Positions 13,271 through 26,549 of a DNA stretch of 64,000 bases are shown here, piece by piece. This DNA comes from Camelus ferus (Eukaryota). Each line of letters begins with the position of its first letter. Positions within the stretch are counted from its first letter, which is position 1. Under the pieces are notes generated by a model. That model did no database searches. It had not been told where the DNA came from and saw only the letters and a program-made list of their open reading frames with translations. Position numbers and translations under genes: made by a program. The DNA lies in NCBI RefSeq assembly GCF_009834535.1, contig NC_045696.1, positions 70,000,001-70,064,000 of the forward strand. Direction: 5' to 3'.

Positions 13271-13752
13271 CAGGCACACTTTATTTTATTGTGCTTTGCA
13301 GATACTGCGTTTTTTACAGATTGAAGGTTTGTGGCAATCCTGTATCAAGCAAGTCTAGCAGTGCCATTTTTCTAATAATATTTGCTCACTTCATGCCTCT
13401 GTCATATCCTGGTAATTCTTCACAATATTTCAAACTTTTTCATTATTATTATACTTGTTATGGTAATCTGTGATCAGTGGTCTTTGATGTTACTATTGCA
13501 AAAAGATTATGACTCGCTGAAGGCTCAGATGATGGTTAGCATAAAAAGTATTTAAAAATAAAGTATTTTTTAATTAAGGCATGTGCATTGTTTTTTAGAC
13601 ATAATGCTACTGCAAACTTAACAGATTATAGTGTAGTGTAAACATAATTTTTATATACACTGGGAAACCAAGAAAGTCATGTGACTCACTTTATTGCAAT
13701 ATTTGCTTTATTCTGGTGGTCTGGAATCTACAATATCTCTGAGGTATGCCTG
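13271..13752 (+). mobile_element. Non-autonomous Tigger1 derivative (~480 bp; possibly Tigger1a_Art)
   Basis: TA|CAGGCACAC...GAGGTATGCCTG|TA termini and Tigger1 subterminal sequence. Confidence 0.85.
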
Positions 13753-13805
13753 TATTTAAGAAATAGTCATGATCCAAACTCCAACAATTAACCATCTCAA
13801 CTTAC

Positions 13806-14009
13806 CACCAGGCTCCAATGTACCTTACGATGAATAGGCACCAGAATAAGTTCCTGTTCAAAGAGACTGATCCCTTTGGTCCACCTTTTCACTGCTTGGT
13901 AACCCCCAGACTTTAATTTCGGATAGAAGAAAGTACTGAATGCATAAAGTGCTGGATACCCTTGTTTTTTATTTCTTTCCATCAGAAGATTCATGTAAAA
14001 ATTAATGAC
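13806..14009 (-). CDS. SENP2: SENP2 exon 13 (VINFYMNLL...[12 protein letters not shown]), 204 nt; catalytic His478
   Basis: Within ORF 13797..14057; HW motif with His codon at 13818-13820; TACAG acceptor, GTG|GTAAGT donor. Confidence 0.97.
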
Positions 14010-14768
14010 CTGTAATACCAAGAGAGTAAAGTAAATGTTGGAACATGGCAAGTACATTATTAAAACTAGATTTCTACCTAATTCAACTAGGATGAACTAG
14101 AAAGTAAGAAGCTTAGGGAAGGGAAGGTACTAAGAAGGAGATAAAAGGGCTGTCAATGACAGAAGATGGAAAATAAAAAATGATCAGTGCAAAATGGGAG
14201 GGATTAAGAAGGAGTAAGATTGTACTTTTGAGGCAGATGAGTAAGAGAGCCAAGAGAAAGAACTCAAGGAAAAACCCTACAATAATGAAAAGGTGTAAGT
14301 AGCTATATCACACACAAAATATGCAGAAATATTAACAGAAGTGAATTTTACTTTATATAAATTATACCTCAATTTAAAAAAATTAACTGGAAGGACATAT
14401 TAATATTTTGTTTATGTCTGAGTTGTGGCACTTTTGAACAACAATATTTTTCCCTCACTTTTCCTATATTTTCTAAATTTTCTATAATACACATATCACA
14501 TTTATAATGTGAAACAAAACATTCCAGTTTTACAAGAATATGTTTATGTCACTAATCATAGTTAGGGAGGAAGAAAGGTAAAGGGAAAAAAGCAGGGACT
14601 GAGCAGTTGGGTAAAGGTCCAACTGGAAAATTGGCAAGAACCAAGAGTAAACTTTAGCTAAATATGTAAGGATACAAAATGATAATCAGGCAAATCTTTA
14701 CAGTTATCACTCAAATGAAATAAAGAAAAAAAACACATGGTGTACATATAGTGATAATATATTCCTTT

Positions 14769-14912
14769 TTTTTAAACTTTTTTTTTTAAACATTTATTTG
14801 CAGGGGAGGTAATTAAGTTTATTTATTTATTTTTATGGAGGTACTGAGGACTGAACCCAGGACCTCACGCATGCTAAGCATGCATTCTACCACTGAACTA
14901 TACACTCCGCCC
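14769..14912 (-). mobile_element. tRNA-derived SINE (Vic-1-like)
   Basis: Reverse complement of the same head and tail; TSD ATATTCCTTT at 14759-14768 and 14916-14925. Confidence 0.85.
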
Positions 14913-15273
14913 ACCATATTCCTTTATTATTGAAAAAATAAAACGGCTCCAGTAAGAATTCATCTAAAATAAAGTATTGCTTGCTTGCTTCCTTCCATTT
15001 ATCAGCTGCACTCAGGGTTTATGAAAATGTCACTAAAGACTAGCAAATGAAGTAGTGGACGAAATGAAGTACAGTGCAGAAGAGGGAAACATTGCTAGCT
15101 AAGGCAGCAAACAATCAGAATTAACCATCTTTTTAAGGTTTGAGATGTTTTTGTTTTAGGTAAATTAAAGATTCTTTACTAACCACTTAAAATTGTGTAG
15201 AAACCACTTTGGTTATGGACAGAAAATGGTTAAGCATAATGATAGTCAAAAAGGGTAAAAAAAGACAACTCAC

Positions 15274-15405
15274 TTCATCATTGAGCCAGTGACAGTTCTT
15301 CAAGGTCTGGATATCTCCTCGAGTGATTCGCAATTTGAAAGCACTACTTAGGATCTCATCCTGTGGGCCGTGGCCTAGAGCATTACTGATTTCCTTTTCC
15401 ATGTC
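15274..15405 (-). CDS. SENP2: SENP2 exon 12 (DMEKEISNALGHGPQDEILSSAFKLRITRGDIQTLKNCHWLNDE), 132 nt; start of the peptidase C48 domain
   Basis: Within ORF 15187..15423; WLNDE motif; TTCAG acceptor, GAA|GTGAGT donor. Confidence 0.97.
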
Positions 15406-16622
15406 CTGAATTAGAAAGTCCACAGGTTGCTACTTTAACAGAGAACCACTATCATATACTGAAAGTCTGAGACTGAAAAAAAGCTTTTCATCTCTGTAAT
15501 ACTTGACCCTTAAGAAAAATATACTATCAAAGACCTACTAAATTGAAGTATGAAAAGATTTCAATTTAGGACTATAAAGCAGTCTTACTAATGGTAATAA
15601 AAAATGAAAGCTCAATTATCAGCTTCTGGAAACAATAATTGGGTAATAATATTTACATTTAAAGTATGGTCTCAATTATCCCACTACCATTTATTGAACA
15701 CTAGAAGCCAAACATGGTGTCAGATGCATGGAGCACGTCATTAATCCCAGCTTGTGGCAAGAGTATTATCACCATTTTACAGAAGAGGTAAAGCTCTTCG
15801 GTTATGTGCTCAAAGTCATACAATCAAAAGATAAAGCCAAGATTTGAACACAGCAGCATCTAACTCCCTAGTCTTTGCTCCTTCCGCAATACTATAAAAA
15901 CATTTTCATATTTCCTTTATTTACCTCCTAAACTTTTATTTTAAAACATTCAAAATAAAGTTAGGACATCAAAGAGATCATACTATCCATTTTTGGCATG
16001 AAGAGAATTAAGTAAACAGGCAGAAACTAGAAAACTAGGCAGCAATCTAGCAACTGAGTCCTGACTGAATAGATGGCTTCATTATTCTAAAGAAATATGC
16101 AGGTAAATGCATATTGAATCTATAAACCAAATCAAAATTATTTCCACTCAAATATTTTCAATACTGTTTCCCCACACACGCAAAAAAATTTTAGCAATTT
16201 ACCTTGTTTTCTATAAGTAAAAACTTACAGAATGCTTCAAATGCAATAATCAATGAAAGGGACCCTTCAGTGAACCATAATCACTTAACAAAAAATTGCA
16301 ATGAACTCATTTTTAATGTCTAAACCATACTATCTAACTCCAAATATTTTAAGGTTAGAAAAAGAATCTACAAAGAACTCATTATGTTCCGAGATATGTG
16401 ACAATTATGTCTACTCACATTTACTGAATGTTAATCTGATCCCTTAAGCTACCTTCACAGATCACTAATGATCAGTGTAACCAGTGACTGATCAGCCCTT
16501 GGGCCTGATTTCCTTCATACATACATCCCTACCCTGGAGAAACTCCTCAAAACAAAACATTCACTCCAGTCGTGAATAACTAAGGTATTTTAAAACATTC
16601 TGATCAACAAAAGAAATAATAC

Positions 16623-16799
16623 CTCTGTAAGTTCAAGAAGATCATCCGTCCTTTTATCCCTCTCTTTGCCTGAGCAATTTTTTTCTCTTGTCTCAAGTAT
16701 TGACATTTTCCTCCTGAGTATGCCATTGCTTCCACTGCCCAGGCGGAGTCGGGCTGACACTTCTTCAGACAGGTCAGGTTCCAGCTGGTGTCCCCTCCT
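16623..16799 (-). CDS. SENP2: SENP2 exon 11 (RRGHQLEPDLSEEVSARLRLG...DDLLELTE), 177 nt; includes the leucine-rich export-signal region
   Basis: Within ORF 16590..16943; TTGATCAG acceptor, GAG|GTATTA donor. Confidence 0.96.
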
Positions 16800-18392
16800 C
16801 TGATCAAAAAAGTTCCCATATTCTATTGACATGTTTGATACTTGCATATAAACATACATAACACATGAAATATAAAATAGTGCCATTATCTTAAAAGAAA
16901 AGAGAATTAGTAAGTCCCCAAATGAGTAAAGTAGATTAAGCATATCTGCCTTTCACTGAAAGAGGCAACAAAAAACGTTCAAGATCTAAGACTCACAACA
17001 GGACACCTCAATTATAAACCATGAAACAGAATACTCATCATTTTACCTAGAGGTAGCAAGAAAGTATGTTCAGTTCTCTTATCTCAATTAAAAATAATAT
17101 AGTTAAAAGACATTTTGAAAAGTTTTTTAAAAGTACAAAATATGATGCACAGTCCCATTACTCAAAAATAAACTATTGCTATTCTTATACTAAGTAAATA
17201 TGTTCTATTTCATCCTTTTAAAAATTATGTATTATAGAAAAATGCACAAAACCTTAATGTACCACTTAATTTTTTATAAGATTAATAACCTATGCAACCA
17301 CCATTCCAGTCAACAAATTGAATTTTGCCAGCATCCCAGAAACTCTGATAAGAATATTTCCTTATTAAAACCCTATGTAACCCTTAATACTGAATTTAAG
17401 TCATTTGGTAAGCAACCTTTTTCAAAATTAGGAAATTTATTTAAAAAACAGAATGTTGGACTAGAACTACACTCTCAACACATGTAGCCAGTACTCTTCA
17501 CTCCTTGCTACCTGCCAGGTACACTGGTCCTAGGAAACCAGGAGCTGCTGGCCCTTCCCCATGGTCCCAGACAGCAATGCTAGGACAAACAAAAGCAGAA
17601 TGTACTCTCTAGCCCGTTAACAAATACACCCCCTGTGCTCTCTCAGGTTTAGTTTCCCTCTTTTTTCAATTTTTGTTCCACAGGTGATAAACTGGAATGT
17701 ATGGACCATTAGAGAAGGGAACATTCAAAGACTTAAGACAATGATTTAGCCTTAAGATTAATTCTTATGAAGAAATCAAATGAGAAAAGAGAAATTTGAT
17801 CAAACTGTTACTTAACACAGAGCAGTTCCCTTTGGTATTTCTAATATCTAAAACGCGAAATAATCTAAAACTTCAAGTTTGCATTTAGTTTAGAAATATG
17901 TATTTTTTGAATATGGGCTGTTTAGTAAAACACTTTGCTGCTATTATTAAAAATATTGGTATTGCTCTCGAGATCACTTGAATACTTCTTATTCTGATAC
18001 TTATAGAAAATTTAAAATCCAATTAAGCAGGCTAGTAATATTTCACATAAATATGAAATCTTGACTCTGAAAAGAAAGTCCTGAATAAATACTTTTCCTA
18101 AAGATGTATGGTTTTAAAAAATTCTCCAAAAGAAGCCAGACAACACAGATAAGGGTTGTGATGGAAGCAAGTTGGTCTCTCTTACAAAGGCAGCTACTGC
18201 ACAGATAAAAATCCAGCAGCTCGGAAGTCAAAGGTGCATATCTTTAATGCCTGCTGCTTTTTCAAAGAAAATAGTGGAATTAGAAATTAAAGTAACATAT
18301 ATCATCTTTCTTATTTTTTGTGGGCACCAAAATTTTAACGTAAGTCAGATGAAAGAGTAAAAAGACAAACTTTAACTAGGGTTTCTACTTAC

Positions 18393-18456
18393 ACCATCAT
18401 TTTCTAGTCTGATTCCAACTGTCTTCTCTGTATCAGAAATTTTCCCCTTTGAACAC
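18393..18456 (-). CDS. SENP2: SENP2 exon 10 (RCSKGKISDTEKTVGIRLENDG), 64 nt
   Basis: TTCCTCAG acceptor, GGT|GTAAGT donor; frame continuous. Confidence 0.94.
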
Positions 18457-18584
18457 CTGAGGAAAAAACTGAGAGATTATAGACTGGATGATTTTAATCT
18501 GGTACATGTTAAACTGGTTTTTAGAAATCAGATTTAATAATTATAAACAAATATTGCCTTCAGTTTATATAGTCCTCTAAACCA

Positions 18585-18805
18585 AAGGTTAGCAAAATTT
18601 TCCTAAAAAGGATCAGATAGTAAATATCTTAAGCTTTGCAGGTCTTATGGTTTTTGTCACATCTTCTCAACTTTCATTGTAGTTTAAAAGCAGCCATAAG
18701 TCGTAAGTAAGTGAATGAGTACGACTCTGTCCAATAAAACTTTACTTATAAAAACAGTCAGGCAGATAAGATTTGGCCTATGGGCTATAGTTTACCAAAC
18801 TCTGC
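18585..18805. mobile_element. MER58-like hAT-Charlie MITE
   Basis: GATAGTAAATATCTTAAGCTTTGCAGG...CCAATAAAACTTTA...GGGCTATAGTTTACC. A related partial copy lies at ~48160-48320. Confidence 0.7.
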
Positions 18806-19116
18806 TATGAACAAACCAGCATCTAAAATCCTAAAGCACGGAGAACTGCCTTCACTGTTCATATACTAGAGATCCCCACCACACCCACGCGCTTAACCGA
18901 GCAGCACCAGTGCCTTCCAACCCCTAATGCCTAGGACAGAAGGACACCCTCCAAAGGCACCTGACACAAGAGCCATGTATGTACCAATACATGCTGACCA
19001 GCTACCAGAGCTGAGGGGAGTTCACAATTCCTCAGATATGGTTACTCAGAAACATATCTTATAAATTAAGAAAACAATATGTCAAAAGAAAACTTGGAAT
19101 AAACTGAATCATGTAC

Positions 19117-19168
19117 CTCTTTTCACTTCGCACTGAACATAGAGGTCCCCTTGTTTCAACAACTCTAT
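19117..19168 (-). CDS. SENP2: SENP2 exon 9 (YRVVETRGPLCSVRSEK), 52 nt
   Basis: CTCACAG acceptor, AG|GTACAT donor; frame continuous. Confidence 0.94.
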
Positions 19169-19703
19169 CTGTGAGGATGGTAAAAATTTGTGTTTTCTTT
19201 ATTAATCAATCATATAGCTAGAATTTCAATTTACACAATTCTCAACGTACCAAGACATTTATTTACACTGAAATGCTAAAACGCGATCCAAAATAGCTTC
19301 CTTACAAATTAAGTTGCTTAAAAATGCCTAATTCTCTTTCTCCTTTAAATATAATCTTTAGTATAAACTGACAAATATCTGTCATTTAGTGTCATTTAGT
19401 TAACAGCAAGTGAAGAAATATGAGGAAACAAATATAAGAAATACAAAGAAATTAATTTTAGGCTTACAAAACACATACTACAATATAAAAACTAGGAATA
19501 GTAAGTATTTTATAAATTGGATTTATCTTGAAACAGCTTTTTTAACTAAACTATTGGTACTGGATAAGCCCCAGTCAATACCACGTGGTCTGATAAGGTT
19601 TAAAGTTTAGTATACCATCTTTCACTAGTATATCATTTTTCAATTTTATATGCACTTGAACTAAATTCATTATATTAAAATAGGGCTAAATATGTGAACT
19701 CAC

Positions 19704-19798
19704 ATTGTTTTGGAACAAACTGAGTTGTTTTGACTCCGTGACTTTGCTCTTCCCCCCAGCCTTTGGTCTTTAATATGTCCATCTGACTTCTTTGAGAA
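19704..19798 (-). CDS. SENP2: SENP2 exon 8 (SSQRSQMDILKTKGWGEEQSHGVKTTQFVPKQ), 95 nt
   Basis: TTCCAAG acceptor, T|GTGAGT donor; frame continuous. Confidence 0.95.
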
Positions 19799-21053
19799 CT
19801 TGGAAACATAAAAAGTGAAGAAGATCAGATACAAAAAGAAAAAATATACCATAAATATTTATTGTCTCTGTCTGGGAAGCTTCTCCAAACAGGAGTTATG
19901 GATTATACTGAAACATCAAATTATAAGAGAGAGGACATAACACAGCATCATCTGGGACTAGGATAAAGAAGTCTAATCCTGACTCTAATATTCCAGCCTA
20001 ATTACCTAACCTCCAGTTTCTCTATAAAACTGGATGTTCTCAATCCCCAGCGCCACCCTGAGTGAAAAATGTCACTGTGATAAAACCCAAAAGATGGAAA
20101 ATCTGAAATGATCTCAAAACAACACATTAAAAGCAACATAAGAAGCAAAATAGTCTGAGGATTTTGCCGACATGACAAGGCCAAAAATTCATGAAGCATA
20201 TCGCAGCTTCCAACAGTGGCTAGTCAAAGTGGAAAAAACACTAACATTCTGAATGACTAAACTGAGAGAATTTTTTTTAGAAAGTTCACAACCAAAGTTA
20301 AAATTCCCAAGTAATCCCTTGTTATTTCTGCATTCAAAGCTAAATGTGACTTTTTCACCTTCAACTTGCTGTTACATAATTTCTGGGATCCCCTCTGTAG
20401 TCCCACACCACTTGTTATAGTACCAAGTGGACCTCAATCCTGAGATCACATATTTTTTGTCCCCTTTTTACAGGGAAATAAAAGGCCAGACATCAATTCC
20501 TTCTGCCATTCTCATCTATTTGGTCAATTCATTAGTGTATTTAATAAACAAGTTGCCTTATAAGGAAGACTTATGACCTGGGGTGACTTCAATCTTGTCT
20601 CTAAAGTGGAGGGTTTCCAATTATGCTAAGATGCATCCACTAAGAAGCCTCAGGGACTACATGTATATGGAGGGGGAGGTGGGGAGGGGCATAGGAAAAG
20701 AAGTAGAAAGAGAGAGGAAGACAGAGATTGTGCAAAATGTGCATGCTGGGGAGGTTGAAAAAAACTTCTGTTTCCTGGGAACCTGATTTCAACCAGTGAT
20801 TCCACTTTTCTGTATCAGGGTTTCATGTAAGAGTTCACTTCAACAAAGGATTCTAAAGCTAACAGAAAATTCTATTTTGTAAACCACTATTCTATATAAT
20901 CCATTACAAGATAAAATTCAGACAAATTATAGGCCAACTTTTCTCAATGCTAATTAACCTCTTTTTTCAACAAAGCTCTTCCCACCAATCCCCTCTCCAA
21001 AAATAAGGATAAAGATGTCTGGCAAAGTATTTATTTTGGTAGCTCATCTTTAC

Positions 21054-21157
21054 CTATGATGAGCTGAAGTTACAGGAGGAACAGAGTTTCCATGACCACC
21101 TTCTTTAAGTCGCTCCAATAACCTTCGATATTTCTCTCTTTCCTCTTTTTGAACACC
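21054..21157 (-). CDS. SENP2: SENP2 exon 7 (GVQKEEREKYRRLLERLKEGGHGNSVPPVTSAHH), 104 nt
   Basis: TTTAG acceptor, AG|GTAAAG donor; frame continuous. Confidence 0.95.
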
Positions 21158-21539
21158 CTAAATAAAAGAAAGCATTTAGATAACTACTAGTACCTCAAAC
21201 TCATAATTAAATCATAAACAAAGACTAAGAGGTCAAATGCAGCCCCTAGATGTGTTTTATTTGCCAGCACATTGTTTTTTAAATTTCAGTGTTCTTTTAC
21301 TTTAACTACCAATTTTATAAATAAAATAAATATAAATCTGGCCTCTTTTGAAGCACTGTATCAACAATCTGGAGCTATCTAAGGCTATGCTATTCCTTTT
21401 GGTCAAGTATTCACTCCAACCCATTTCACTCGTTTACATTATCTGCCAGACCTTGATAGCATCTCAGTTATTGACAGCAGAACTGGGTAAACCAAAGAAA
21501 TAATCCACTTGTATATTCAGAACACATGGCTTCCAAAAT

Positions 21540-22350
21540 GGAACTGGTCTCACCAAAGTCACTAATGACTCTCTACAGCCAGATCCAATATACAATTTTT
21601 CAGCTCTTTTGTCACTTGGCCTCTCTCTTCAGCATCTCACCCTGCTGACCTCGACCTGTCTTCTGTACAGTACACTCCCCTGATTTCTTCTTATCTTCTC
21701 AGTCTCCACTGCAGATTATTTCTTCTGCCTGCCCTTAAATGTCAATGATTCTGCCCATTATCTCTTTTCACACTACTTTCTTTCCCTGAGTAATAGCTTC
21801 AGCTCCTTTGATTTATCTAACACCAAAATGCAGAAGATTCAGAAACGTGTCCCTAACCCTGCCTTCTTCCCAAAACTCCCATCATCTATGGCCAATAGTC
21901 TATGGGACGGGTCTTCTTCTGTATTTCACAGGCACTTTAAACAATGTTCAAAACTGAAGTCATCATCTTCCCCCTAAACACACAGGGTATCTTGGTCAGT
22001 AGCACGTATTTATCCAAGACTGAAATCTGGGACTCAGGCTCTTCCTTCTAACTTTATATCACACTTAACCAATAAATATGTCCCTAATAATATTGCCTTC
22101 TAATATTCCTAGAATACATCCTATGCACACCCCCATATGTATTTGCTCAGTCCCATCTCTAGATTTCTTATTTAGGAGATCTGAAGCCTACTTTAATACC
22201 TCGCCTTAAAATCCCCTCCAGGGCTACAGTCCATTCCTCTCTCCGCCTACCTGTTGTGATAATTACAACAATTAATGTATAAGCTCCTACAGGACAGGGG
22301 TCATGTTTTATTCAATTCTGAATTGCTGGAAACTGGCACAGCAGCTGGGA
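21540..22350 (-). mobile_element. L2 LINE remnant
   Basis: Pyrimidine-rich degenerate L2 text (AAAGTCACTAATGAC..., TTTCACAGGCACTTTAAAC...AAAACTGAAGTCATCATCTTCCC). Confidence 0.65.
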
Positions 22351-22926
22351 CCCAAATATTTCCTTGATGAGCTAAACTAAGTGGATCAGGAAACCATCTA
22401 GTGAATTGCAACAGGTGATGGTCCAGGGGAAATGCCAAATACAGGAACAGTTCTAAATTCTCCTGGAATAAGTGAAGACTTAAGAGAGAGGTGAAGACTG
22501 TTGATGAAGACATCATGCTAAGTGCCCTGAAAAGGGAAGGAAAAAGCAGACATGTACACCATTCACTTCCCTTATTTAGTCACAGTTATTACAGCTTATA
22601 AAAGAAGCAAGTTAGACTAATTCAGGCACTCAAAAAGAAGCAATCTATAATCCTGTCTTTTCCTAACATGATTGCTTTTTCTTTCTCATAGTGAAAATAA
22701 CTACATCTAAAAATTGACTAAATCACATATGTATAGAATATTTCCAGAAGTATATACATACACATCAGTCAAACAGGGGCCAGATATTGAAGGGAGACTG
22801 GGGAATTTATAGTCCCTGTGCACTCTTTTATACCTTTTGAATTTTGTACCATAGTACATATGTTATTTACACCCCCCACACACCTAAAATTGCTTTTATA
22901 AAAGATCAGGCTAAAATTAGGCTTAC

Positions 22927-23095
22927 CTCCTCCACAGTACAATGGGGACGCCTCAGACCCTTGCCACCCTCTTCAGAAATCATCTCTGTTACAACCTGTT
23001 CCTGAGGTTTCCACATTAAGGAACTCTCTGGATTGCCTCTGCTATGGCGACGGCCACCTGGTCTTCTATTATAGCCTTCTGAGCTCAAAGTAAAA
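22927..23095 (-). CDS. SENP2: SENP2 exon 6 (GFTLSSEGYNRRPGGRRHSRGNPESSLMWKPQEQVVTEMISEEGGKGLRRPHCTVEE), 169 nt
   Basis: Overlaps ORF 22906..23088; TCTCAG acceptor, GAG|GTAAGC donor. Confidence 0.96.
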
Positions 23096-23689
23096 CTGAG
23101 ACAGAAAAAAGAAGAAAAGTTATTCCAAACTGCTTAAATTGCTGGAAGTTAAGTTCCAAACCATCCTGTGATTAACCTGTCTCAGGTTAAGCTTGTTCCT
23201 GGCAAATCAGACAACTACCACTCACAAAAATTAGATCTATCTCTCTAGTAGATGGTACCCTAGAATTCTGCTCTGGAATATCTATTTCCAGTCACCAGGA
23301 CTGCCACCTGAAAGCCTTTGCTTTCTCCCTCATACCCCATTTTCCAACTCCAGTTCTGGCTTTAGCTCCCTATTATAGCACATACCCTCCTCTGGTACCG
23401 CACTTTCCCTTTGGGCATTTGGCACCACTGGAATTAACTATTGGTGTGATAGCTTAATATCTGCATCCTACGTCAAACTTTAAACTCGATGAAGACACAG
23501 ATTTCATACTTTCACCACTGTATCCTAGTACATGATCTAAGCCAAAAGGCACTCAGTCAATATCTGCTGCATACTACATTAATGAACACTAAATTAATGA
23601 AAGCTAAGGAATCGGAAGCCATGAAACCCCCACCTAGTCATTGTTGCTGACGACAGAGCCCGCCTCTCCTGCCATTACCAGCAATGGAA

Positions 23690-25680
23690 CAAACTGACAT
23701 TATACCTATCTTTATGTGATGTTTAAGAAAGGACACAACATCTTATCTATAGTATTTTTACCAAAGAATTTGCATAATCTAAAACAAATCATGAGTACAT
23801 CAGACAAAACTAAGGGACATTCTACAAAAGCAATACTTTGTACTCTTTAAAAATACTCATGCTATTAAAGACAAAGGCTGAGGAGTTGTTTCAGATTAAG
23901 GAGATCAAAGAGACATGAAAATTAAATGTAATACATGATCCTGCACTGAATCGTAGGCCAGAAGAAAATAATCTCTATAATGGAGAAATTTAAGTAAGAT
24001 TATATAATTGTATTACATCAATGTTAAATTGCCCGATTTTGGTAATCTGTGATTATGTAAGTGAATGTCCTCATTCTTAAGAAACACACTCAAGCATTTA
24101 GAATTAAAGGGGCATGAGTCTAAGACTTACTCTCAAATAATTCAGAAAAAAATATTACGTACATATGACAGAGAATGACAAAGCAAACTGGCAAAATGAT
24201 AACAACTAGTGAATCTAGGTCAAATGGATTCACCTAAAGCATTTGCAAAAATGGACATAACTGGACGGGAGAAATTAAACAAGTCCAGTTATAGGAGGAA
24301 ACATCAACACTCTATACTTATCAATCAATAAGAAAAGCAGACAGAAAAATCAGTAAGACCTATAAAACATTATCAGCAAACTAACTGACTTTTATAGAAC
24401 ACTTCACCCAACATCAGTAGAATATATATTCTTTTCAATGCACATTGAAAATCACCCAGATAGACCACATTCTGGGACATAAACAAATGTTAACAAATTC
24501 AAAAGAATTGAAATCATACTAAGTGTATTCTCTGACCAAAATGAAGTAAAACTAGAAATCAGTAACAGAAAGATACCTGGGAACTCCCAAATACCTATAA
24601 ATTAAACAATATAATTCTACACTTCTAAATAATTACAGGTTAAAAGATGAAGTAAAACAGAAATTAGAAAACATCTTAAATTGGAAAAAGTGAAAACCAA
24701 CATTTCAAAATGGGTGGGATGCAGCTAAAGTAATGCTTATAGGGATGTTTAGAGCATTAAACGCTTAGAGAATAAGTTCACCTCTAAATATTTAAGTATA
24801 TATCTCCCAAGAACAGGGTTATCTCCTACATAACCACAATACAATCATGAAATTCAGAAACTTTAGCAATGACACAATATGTAACATGTAGCTCATATTC
24901 AAATTTCTCCAAAGATATTAAAAATATCCTTCATAGCACCTAATACCGAAGCTCACATTACATTTCACTGACAAGTATCTTTAGTTTCCTTTAATCTGAA
25001 ACAGCTTTTCACCCTTCTTCGTCCTTAAAATGAAAAGTACAGGACTGCTGTTTTGTAGTATCAGCCTTAATTTCAGCTTAACCAGTTTTTTCATAATTAT
25101 ATTCAGATTATTGGTTTTTACAGGAATACTACATTGGATGATCATGTCCTGCCCAGTAAAATGTATCTGTAGGCCATAATGTCGCTTTGTCCCATTGTAG
25201 GTAATTTAAACTTTGCTCCTTTGGTTAAGGTAGTGTCAGGCAGGTTTTTCCCCTCTAAAGTTACTATTTTCCCTTTATAATTATTAAGTAGTCTGTGGAG
25301 AAAAATTGAGTGTATGTAAATATCCCATACTTCATCAGACTTTTAGTTTCAGCTCAGTTGACGATTCCTGCACGTATCAGTTATTACTGTGACAGTTACA
25401 AGACTTCCTTCTACATGTACCAGTTGGCATTATACTACAAAGAGAATCTTTCTCTCCCACACTACGTATTTATTTATTAGCATCAATATTCCTGTCTTTA
25501 TTCATTTGATGCTGAAAATGTCCCCAATTTGGCCAGTGAAAGCCCCTTCAAGTTCCTTCTTGGGTCATGTTGACGTATCCCCAGTTTTCGAGCACTTTTA
25601 ACTTTTGGCACAAGATGTTCCACACTAATTTTTTACTTTCTCTCCTAATCCCACAATCAGCCAGTTATCCAACTCCAGGG
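23690..25680. mobile_element. Cluster of old L1 fragments (L1MC-like 3' UTR on +, ORF2 endonuclease fragment ~24245-24770 on +, L1MC-like on -)
   Basis: ATAGACCACATTCTGGGACATAAA and TCTGACCAAAATGAAGTAAAACTAGAAATC are L1 endonuclease-region sequence; the flanks resemble L1MC 3' UTR. Confidence 0.7.
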
Positions 25681-26458
25681 AGCCTTATTTTTTATAGTTA
25701 GTGTCTCATTCTTAAACATGAGTGGATAGCCAAGGATTACCAGGTATTTGAATAATGACTGTAATAAGAAAGATAAGACCAAAATAAACCAAAAGGGGAT
25801 GAGGAACACAGAGGGAAAAGACAAAGCAAGTAGAAGAAATTTTAAAATAATTAAGTTTTAGAGAGATAAGAAAAGATATTGTATCCTCCTAATCAGAACA
25901 CGATGCTTGATGAAAGAAAAAGCCATGGGGAGTAGGGAGGGGGAGGATGCTTAAAACTATGGGGGGAAAAACACATATGCAATAAAAGACTTTTAAAAAA
26001 AGGATAAGAAGTGAATATACAGGAAAATTAAATTAGATCAATCCATAAAGTCTAATATCCAAGGAACAGAATTCTAAAAAGTGAGAACACAGAAAAGAGA
26101 AGAAAATTACTAATAAAATAATAAGAACAGTTCATTGTCCAAAAATTTATCAGGCTATACACATGATTCCTGCACTGTTCTGTATGCATACTATACTTCA
26201 AAAAACAAAGTTTAGAAGTGAGAAACAATTTTTTTAAAGGCTTTCAAAATCAGATGCTTTTGGCATATAAAATGGTAGAAAAGTAACACACATTTGAGTA
26301 CAAGTGTCTTACCAACTGCATGATATTCGGCAAGTTACTAACCTCAGAGTACTTACTTAACAAGATTACATAATAGAATAAAAGTGAGAATGCCTTATGA
26401 GAGTCAGCACCTAAAAATTTCTGTTTCCATTTACAGAAAGGCAGAATTTAACACTTAC

Positions 26459-26549
26459 CCAAAGGAAGGCAGGACTCTGCGAGGCTGGTCTCGAGTTACT
26501 GTCACTCTGATCTTTGGATAGTCACTTATTCCATTAGGAGATTTATTAC
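26459..26549 (-). CDS. SENP2: SENP2 exon 5 (GNKSPNGISDYPKIRVTVTRDQPRRVLPSF), 91 nt
   Basis: ATAG acceptor, GG|GTAAGT donor; frame continuous. Confidence 0.95.

Noticed and set aside
22828..22852. MVQNSK G|GT motif in intron 6 as another alternative start
   Set aside because: A phase-1 donor is out of frame with phase-0 exon 7; it mainly shows the motif comes from the L1ME-like consensus.
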